IMG/VR virus record: IMGVR_UViG_3300025645_000053 | Location: 1-64,000 of that record | DNA length: 64,000 nt | Reading direction: 5' to 3' (one strand) | From: a virus | Part shown: in pieces, positions 58,187-64,000 of the stretch | Position numbering within the stretch: the stretch's first letter is position 1 | Layout: every line of letters starts with the position of its first letter | Translations under genes and position numbers: made by a program | Notes under the pieces: model-generated | What the model was told of the DNA's origin: nothing | The model's database searches: none | What the model saw: the letters and a program-made list of their open reading frames with translations, nothing else

Positions 58187-58906
58187 ATGTTTATAGTTTA
58201 CGAGCATAAGAACACTTTAAATAATAAAAAATATATCGGATACACGTCAAAGACAATGAACGAAAGATTACACAAACATTACATTAACGCGATTTCAGGA
58301 ATGGATAATCATTTCTATAAAGCGATACGTAAATATGGTTTGGAAGTCTTTGAGTCGAAAATATTAGAAACTGTTGCAACACAACTTGAAGCAACTAATT
58401 TAGAAGTTAAACATATCGAACTTAACAATAGTTTTAAGGAAGGTTATAACATGACAAAAGGTGGGGACGGTGGTTATGTTGTTCCAGCCGAAAAACGTGA
58501 TGATTGGATCAAAAAACTAACAGCATCCTCGACCAAAGAAAACAATGGTATGTGGAGTGGAATATCAGATGAAACCATATTATCATATGCTAGAGAGTTC
58601 TTTTTAAGCGAGGGTCATTCTAGTGGAATGCAATCGTTTATTAATTATGGCGTAAAGAAATATTCCATACCAAAATCATATTCAAAAAATAGGTTCGGCG
58701 GCAAGACATTAAAACAGGCATATTGTGAAAAGTACAATGTTAACCCAACTGAACTAAAATATGTCAAATCTGCTGCTCACCGCGAAAAATTAAAAAACGC
58801 GAATATTGGTAAAAACTGGTATTCAAATGACAATTTAAAAACATCATACCAAGCGAACTCACTCCCGGGAAACGATTGGTATAAAGGAAGAAATTATGGG
58901 TATTAA
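58187..58906 (+). mobile_element. Free-standing GIY-YIG homing endonuclease between the nrdA halves
   Basis: IVYEH...KYIGYT, ERLHKH, GYNMTKGG; late promoter at 58142 inside an inverted repeat. Confidence 0.92.
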
Positions 58907-58997
58907 AATAAGAACACTTGATTACACTGAAAACGTGTATGACATTACCGTTCCTGAAACTAGTAACTTTTTTGCTAATGGTATACTAATACACAAT
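58896..58997 (+). mobile_element. Split intein C fragment (34 aa)
   Basis: VYDITV..NFFANGILIHN followed by Cys+1. Confidence 0.93.
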
Positions 58998-59987
58998 TGC
59001 GCAGAAATTGATTTGCCGACAAAACCTCTTGATGATATTAATGATGAATCCGGTGAAATAGCATTGTGTACGTTATCAGCAATTAATTGGGGTAACATTA
59101 GTGATCCTTCTGAGTTCGAAGAGATATGTGACTTGTCAGTTCGGGCTTTAGATTCATTACTTGATTATCAAGATTATCCAGTTAAAGCAGCATACATTGC
59201 AACTATGGGTCGTCGTCCACTTGGTGTTGGTATTAATAACTTAGCGTATTGGCTTGCTAAAAACGGTTATACTTATCAAGGCATTACTGAAGAAGGATTG
59301 TCACATTTACATGAATGGCTTGAAGCATGGTCTTACTATTTGATTAAATCTTCTATCAATCTTGCTAAAGAAAAAGGGGCGTGTGAATGGTCACGTGAAA
59401 CTAAGTATTCACAAGGTTTATTTCCAATTGACACTTATAAGAAAGATGTTGATTCATTAGTTGGTAATAACTTAAAAATGGATTGGGCTGCATTACGTAA
59501 TGAAGTTAATGAACATGGGATTCGTAATAGTACTCTTATGGCTATCATGCCTTCTGAAACTTCATCTCAAGTAATTAACTCGACGAACGGTATTGAAGCG
59601 CCAAGAGCCTTAGTTTCAATCAAACAATCAAAAGATGGTATATTGGCACAAGTTGTTCCTGAGATCCGTAAGTTAAAGAATAAATACGATTTATTATGGG
59701 ATCAGAAATCACCTGAAGGTTATTTAAAAATATGTGCGGTCATTCAGAAGTTTGTTGACCAAGGCATAAGTGTTAATACATCGTATAACCCTAAGCACTA
59801 CGAAGATGGCAAAATGCCTTTAAAAACTCTGATTCGTGACTTATTAACTTTTTATAAATATGGAGGCAAACAGCTATATTATTTTAATACTTATGATGGT
59901 GCTGGCGAATTAACATACGAAGAAGCCAATGATAATCCTGTCAGTGAAGAATTGGATGAAGATGATTGCCCGAGTTGCAAATTGTGA
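58896..59987 (+). CDS. nrdA: Split-intein C fragment fused to RNR large subunit C-half
   Basis: HN|CAEI junction; LCTLSA, MPSETSS, NGIE, C-terminal CPSC. Confidence 0.95.
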   Translation: MGIKIRTLDYTENVYDITVPETSNFFANGILIHNCAEIDLPTKPLDDINDESGEIALCTLSAINWGNISDPSEFEEICDLSVRALDSLLDYQDYPVKAAYIATMGRRPLGVGINNLAYWLAKNGYTYQGITEEGLSHLHEWLEAWSYYLIKSSINLAKEKGACEWSRETKYSQGLFPIDTYKKDVDSLVGNNLKMDWAALRNEVNEHGIRNSTLMAIMPSETSSQVINSTNGIEAPRALVSIKQSKDGILAQVVPEIRKLKNKYDLLWDQKSPEGYLKICAVIQKFVDQGISVNTSYNPKHYEDGKMPLKTLIRDLLTFYKYGGKQLYYFNTYDGAGELTYEEANDNPVSEELDEDDCPSCKL

Positions 59988-60433
59988 AAAAAGCAATGTA
60001 CGTATCAAGAAAGGTATTAAACAGCGAAGATATTATAGCTTGGGCGGAGGCCCAGGCGTTTCCGCAAATAGTATCAGCAAAAGACATGCATGTCACTTTA
60101 GCATTTTCAAGAGAACCGGTTGATTTCAATGAAGTCGTTAATAGAAACGACAAGATAACAATCAATGGCGGAGAACGTGAAGTAAAACATTTAGGCCCAG
60201 ACGCCGCAGTTATAAAATTCTCATCAAAAGTATTATCTAAAAGATGGAAAGAGTTATGTAATATAGGTTGTTCGTGGGACTATGATGGTTACCAACCGCA
60301 TATAACAATCACGTACGATGGTTCAAAAATAAATGTTAAAGACATGACTCCATACAAAGGCCCAATTATTTTGGGTCCAGAAATAGTTTCCGAATTAGAT
60401 GCGGAATGGATAGATAAGGTAAAAGAAAAATAA
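59984..60433 (+). CDS. 2H phosphoesterase, Acb1 (anti-CBASS)-like
   Basis: Two HxT motifs: MHVTLAFS and YQPHITITY; size about 150 aa. Confidence 0.75.
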   Translation: MKKAMYVSRKVLNSEDIIAWAEAQAFPQIVSAKDMHVTLAFSREPVDFNEVVNRNDKITINGGEREVKHLGPDAAVIKFSSKVLSKRWKELCNIGCSWDYDGYQPHITITYDGSKINVKDMTPYKGPIILGPEIVSELDAEWIDKVKEK

Positions 60434-61527
60434 TGTTTAAATCTTTTGATGTAAATACAAATGATAGTATCACCAAGAATATGTTCTTTGACGAGCCGGT
60501 CGCAATTGCACGATACGATATACAAAAGTATCGCACACTTGAGTCCTTTACAGAATCACAATTAGGATTCTTTTGGATGCCTGAAGAAATCGACGTATCG
60601 AAAGATGCTAAAGACTTTAAAGCATTATCCAACCATGAGCAGCATATCTTTACTAGTAACTTAAAACGACAAATTGTATTAGACTCAGTTCAAGGCAGAT
60701 GTCCTTCAGCAGTGTTTGGCCCTTTGGCATCTTTACCTGAATTAGAAAATTGGATAACTACTTGGGTATTCAGCGAACAAATTCATAGCCGTTCATACAC
60801 ACATATTATACGTAACATATATTCTAATCCGTCTGAGGTATTTGATGGTATTACTGATATAAAGGAAATCACTGATTGTGCTGAGTCAATTTCAAGGCAC
60901 TATGATAATCTTGCACGCCATAACGAACAGGCTGCGGTTGATAGTTCATTGTTTGGAACGTATGAACATAAGAAGCTATTATGGTTAGCACTACAGGCAA
61001 CCAATTCTCTTGAAGGTTTACGTTTCTATGTTTCGTTTGCGTGTTCATGGGCATTTGCTGAAACCAAAAAGTCAATGGAAGGTAACGCTAAAATCATAAA
61101 GTTGATTTGTCGAGATGAGAATCTTCACCTTGCTTCAACGGTATTCATGATTAAGAGTTTGCCGCGTGAAGATGAAGACTTCGCAAAGATTCGCGATGAG
61201 TGTCATGACCAATGTGTTGAGATATACGAACAGACTGCAGAACAAGAAAAAGAATGGGCAAAGTACCTTTTTAAAGATGGTTCAATGGTTGGTCTTAACG
61301 AGTCAATGTTATGCGCTTATATAGAATGGTTAGCACATCGCCGAATGAAATCCGTAGGTCTAACTACTAAATACCCTGGTGGATCTGATCCTTTGCCTTG
61401 GACTAAAAAATGGATAGCAGGTGGTAATGTACAAGTTGCACCTCAAGAAACTGAAATATCTAGTTATACCACTGGCGGTATAAGTAAAGATGTTAACGAA
61501 GAAGAATTTACGGGATTTCAACTATGA
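60433..61527 (+). CDS. nrdB: Class Ia RNR small subunit
   Basis: FFWMPEE, EQIHSRSY, EGLRFYVSF, RDENLH, VAPQETE. Confidence 0.97.
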   Translation: MFKSFDVNTNDSITKNMFFDEPVAIARYDIQKYRTLESFTESQLGFFWMPEEIDVSKDAKDFKALSNHEQHIFTSNLKRQIVLDSVQGRCPSAVFGPLASLPELENWITTWVFSEQIHSRSYTHIIRNIYSNPSEVFDGITDIKEITDCAESISRHYDNLARHNEQAAVDSSLFGTYEHKKLLWLALQATNSLEGLRFYVSFACSWAFAETKKSMEGNAKIIKLICRDENLHLASTVFMIKSLPREDEDFAKIRDECHDQCVEIYEQTAEQEKEWAKYLFKDGSMVGLNESMLCAYIEWLAHRRMKSVGLTTKYPGGSDPLPWTKKWIAGGNVQVAPQETEISSYTTGGISKDVNEEEFTGFQL

Positions 61528-61757
61528 AAAAAGACAATGTAGTATGGTCAAAACCTAATTGTACTTTTTGCGTAAAAGCAAAAGATTTATTAGATCAGAA
61601 CAATATTGAATATAGCGAGAATGAAATCGGCAATGGTTTTACGAAAGAACAATTACTTGAAGTTGTTCCGACTGCTCGCTCAGTGCCACAGATATTCCTT
61701 GATGGGAAACATGTCGGCGGGTTTGATAGTCTCGAATCAATTTTAAAAGGGGAATAA
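61524..61757 (+). CDS. nrdC: Glutaredoxin
   Basis: CTFC, SVPQIF, VGGF. Confidence 0.92.
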   Translation: MKKDNVVWSKPNCTFCVKAKDLLDQNNIEYSENEIGNGFTKEQLLEVVPTARSVPQIFLDGKHVGGFDSLESILKGE

Positions 61758-61758
61758 G

Positions 61759-61893
61759 ATGACACAACATGAATGTAGTAATTGTGCGGCAAGTTTCACA
61801 CTTGAAGCAACGGATCAGGAAACAGCTGAGTTAAATATATCGTACTGCCCATATTGTGGTACTGAAATAATTGAGGAACTTGACTTCTCTTAA
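61759..61893 (+). CDS. Small zinc-ribbon protein (44 aa)
   Basis: CSNC...CPYCG. Confidence 0.7.
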   Translation: MTQHECSNCAASFTLEATDQETAELNISYCPYCGTEIIEELDFS

Positions 61894-61929
61894 TAAATAT
61901 TCCATTAGAACTCAATAATGGAATAGAAT

Positions 61930-62364
61930 ATGTGGTATTATAAAGGCGAGGAGTTTACGAGCGAAGACATTGGTGATTACATTGGCATGGTATATTGCAT
62001 AACTGATTTATCAAACGGTATGAAATATATTGGAAAGAAAGGCTTGATGTCAGTTCGTAGGCTACCTCCTTTAAAAGGGCAAAAGCGTAAACGTAAAAAG
62101 ATCGTAGAGACTGATTGGAAAAAGTATTATGGTTCGTCAGAGCAAGTTAAGCTGTTAGTTGAAGAAAAAGGTCCAGAGAACTTTAAAAGAGAAATTCTAT
62201 ATCTCTGTACAATGAAAGGTGAAATGACTTACCTAGAAGCTAAGGAGCAATTTGCCCGTGATGTATTACTAAAGCCTGACGAGTACTACAATAAATTTAT
62301 AGGAACACGCATACACGCAAAACATGTTGCAATATTAATGAATAAAGTTGTTGACATCAACTAA
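61930..62364 (+). CDS. Single-domain GIY-YIG nuclease
   Basis: GMVYCI...KYIGKK, YYGSS, FKREIL, YYN. Confidence 0.85.
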   Translation: MWYYKGEEFTSEDIGDYIGMVYCITDLSNGMKYIGKKGLMSVRRLPPLKGQKRKRKKIVETDWKKYYGSSEQVKLLVEEKGPENFKREILYLCTMKGEMTYLEAKEQFARDVLLKPDEYYNKFIGTRIHAKHVAILMNKVVDIN

Positions 62365-62414
62365 TAAATGTTATATAATAGTTCTATAAATTAATAATGA
62401 GATAAGGAACGAGA

Positions 62415-63275
62415 ATGATAATAGTTGATTTTAACGGTTTGGTAATTCCGGCGCTAACTGCGCAAAAAGGTGCTGACCTTGGTGATGAAGATTTTGTTCG
62501 TCATGTCATATTAAACTCTTTACGCATGTACAATAAAAAGTATCGAGAAAAGTACGGCCAAATGGTTATTGCTTGTGATGCAGGCGACGTATGGCGTAAA
62601 GATTACTTCCCCGAATACAAATGGTCACGTAAAGCTAATCGTGATAAAGATAGTAAAATAGATTGGAAAGCGGTATTTGGTATTGTCACTAAGATACGCG
62701 AAGAAATCGTTGCTAACTTTCATTATAAAGTTGTATTGGTTCCTCGTACTGAAGCAGATGATATCATTGGCGTATTAGTTGAAACCACTCAAGAGTTTGG
62801 TAATTGCGAAGAAGTTATGATCGTATCATCTGATAAGGATTTTGCTCAACTTCAAAAGTATTCTAATGTACATCAGTTTTCACCGATTACTAAAAAGGTA
62901 ATTAAAGAGCCTCATCCTAAAACGTTTTTGTTTGAGCATTGCTTTAAAGGTGATAGTTCAGATGGTGTACCAAACATATTATCAGCTGATGATTGCTTTA
63001 AAGAAGGCGTTCGACAAACAGCTTTGTCTGCAAAGCGTAAAGCTGTGTTCCATGCAAATATAGATAAACTGGAATCGGTTATGACTGAAAGCGAATATAA
63101 AAACTTCATTCGTAATAAAAAGATGATTGACTTGGGTGACTTACCTGAAGAAATTGTTGAGTCGATTCTAAACGTATACGCAAATGTTAAGACTTCATCA
63201 AAATTAAAAATAATGAATTATCTTATTAAAAACCGTTGCCGCAATTTACTTGAATGTGTAGGAGATTTCCACTAA
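62415..63275 (+). CDS. rnh: RNase H / 5'-3' exonuclease
   Basis: IVDFN, EADDIIG, SSDKDFAQL, GDSSDGVPN. Confidence 0.95.
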   Translation: MIIVDFNGLVIPALTAQKGADLGDEDFVRHVILNSLRMYNKKYREKYGQMVIACDAGDVWRKDYFPEYKWSRKANRDKDSKIDWKAVFGIVTKIREEIVANFHYKVVLVPRTEADDIIGVLVETTQEFGNCEEVMIVSSDKDFAQLQKYSNVHQFSPITKKVIKEPHPKTFLFEHCFKGDSSDGVPNILSADDCFKEGVRQTALSAKRKAVFHANIDKLESVMTESEYKNFIRNKKMIDLGDLPEEIVESILNVYANVKTSSKLKIMNYLIKNRCRNLLECVGDFH

Positions 63276-63727
63276 TGACTGATAAGTTAGATATTAAATA
63301 TGTTTATAGCGTGCTTGGCGCTGTTCAGCACGCAAAAAGCAAAAAAGAAAAGGTAGAGTTATTACAAAAGTATAACTCACAAGGTTTACGAGATGTACTT
63401 TATTGTCAATATTCAAATACCATAGAGTTTGCATTACCTGAAGGTTCACCACCTTATACACCATACGACGTTATTAAAAATATACCAAAGCAACTTAGTA
63501 AAATTGGCCCTAAGATAATGAAGTTTTTAATTAAGAATGGGCCTGGTGACAAATGGTTGCCGGTAAAACGTGAACGCAAGTTCTTAGACTTGATTGAAAC
63601 TATTCATCCTAGAGATGCTGAAATCGTCATTGCTGCTAAAGATAAAAAACTTAAGGAAATGTTTCCAACTATTACAAAGAATGTGGTTTTGACGGCTTTC
63701 CCAAACTTATTGGGAAACGTGCCCTAA
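63275..63727 (+). CDS. Conserved T4-like hypothetical protein
   Basis: LPEGSPPY, KRERKF..LIE.IHP.DAE. Confidence 0.75.
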   Translation: MTDKLDIKYVYSVLGAVQHAKSKKEKVELLQKYNSQGLRDVLYCQYSNTIEFALPEGSPPYTPYDVIKNIPKQLSKIGPKIMKFLIKNGPGDKWLPVKRERKFLDLIETIHPRDAEIVIAAKDKKLKEMFPTITKNVVLTAFPNLLGNVP

Positions 63728-63820
63728 TAACTAAAGGTTATACTATATTACAAAAGGTTATTGTACATCTGACAGGTATATTGATATAATAGATCTACAA
63801 ATTGAGTTAAGGAATATATT

Positions 63821-64000
63821 ATGAATTTGTTTGTTTTATCCGATTGTCCGTTCGAGGCTGCAAAGTCTCATTGTGATGTGCACGTTAATAAAATGATCAT
63901 CGAGACTGCGCAAATGCTATCTACTGCGCACCGTCTCCTTGATGGTAAAATGTTTATTGAGTTAAGTAAAGGTGGTAGCCGTTTAAAGAAATGGGACCAC
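63821..64000 (+). CDS. Pyrimidine-dimer DNA glycosylase (DenV-family)-like, 5' part
   Basis: MNLFVL...HCDVHVNKMIIETAQMLSTAH; runs off the window. Confidence 0.7.
   Translation, partial: MNLFVLSDCPFEAAKSHCDVHVNKMIIETAQMLSTAHRLLDGKMFIELSKGGSRLKKWDH

Noticed and set aside
61930-62364. Another mobile homing endonuclease
   Set aside because: It has only the catalytic domain with no DNA-binding tail and sits in a position typical of a conserved gene next to rnh, so it was annotated as an ordinary nuclease.

Overview
AT-rich 64 kb segment of a T4-like (Tevenvirinae-type) myophage, probably from an aquatic or marine gammaproteobacterial host (host is inference). Nearly all genes are on the + strand. 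It covers head genes (gp67/68/21/22/23), uvsY/W, gp55/47/46, a vWA plus MoxR/CobS pair, replisome genes (45, 44, 62, regA, 43, 41, uvsX, ligase), nucleotide metabolism (frd, td, nrdA/B/C, cd) and rnh. Main unusual points: (1) DNA polymerase gp43 is split into three separately promoted ORFs by two free-standing homing endonucleases. Both junctions carry similar helical extensions, and the third piece also contains an ORF-less group I intron. (2) nrdA is split by a split intein with a GIY-YIG gene between the halves. (3) A late cluster of enzymes carries T4-type capsid-targeting N-termini: a ligase-like NTase, a Pol-beta NTase, a 1400-aa H-Y-E PARP-fold ADP-ribosyltransferase and a HIGH-family NTase. 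(4) A hydroxymethyl-cytosine hypermodification locus has its own sugar-activation enzymes and an atypical C5-MTase-fold protein. (5) An HNH insertion duplicated the gp62 3' end. (6) Non-coding elements include twin antisense promoter elements at the ends of late regions, a hairpin repeat, a candidate structured RNA, a ROSE-like hsp20 leader and repeated early-promoter cassettes. All family calls come from motif recognition by eye; no searches were run.
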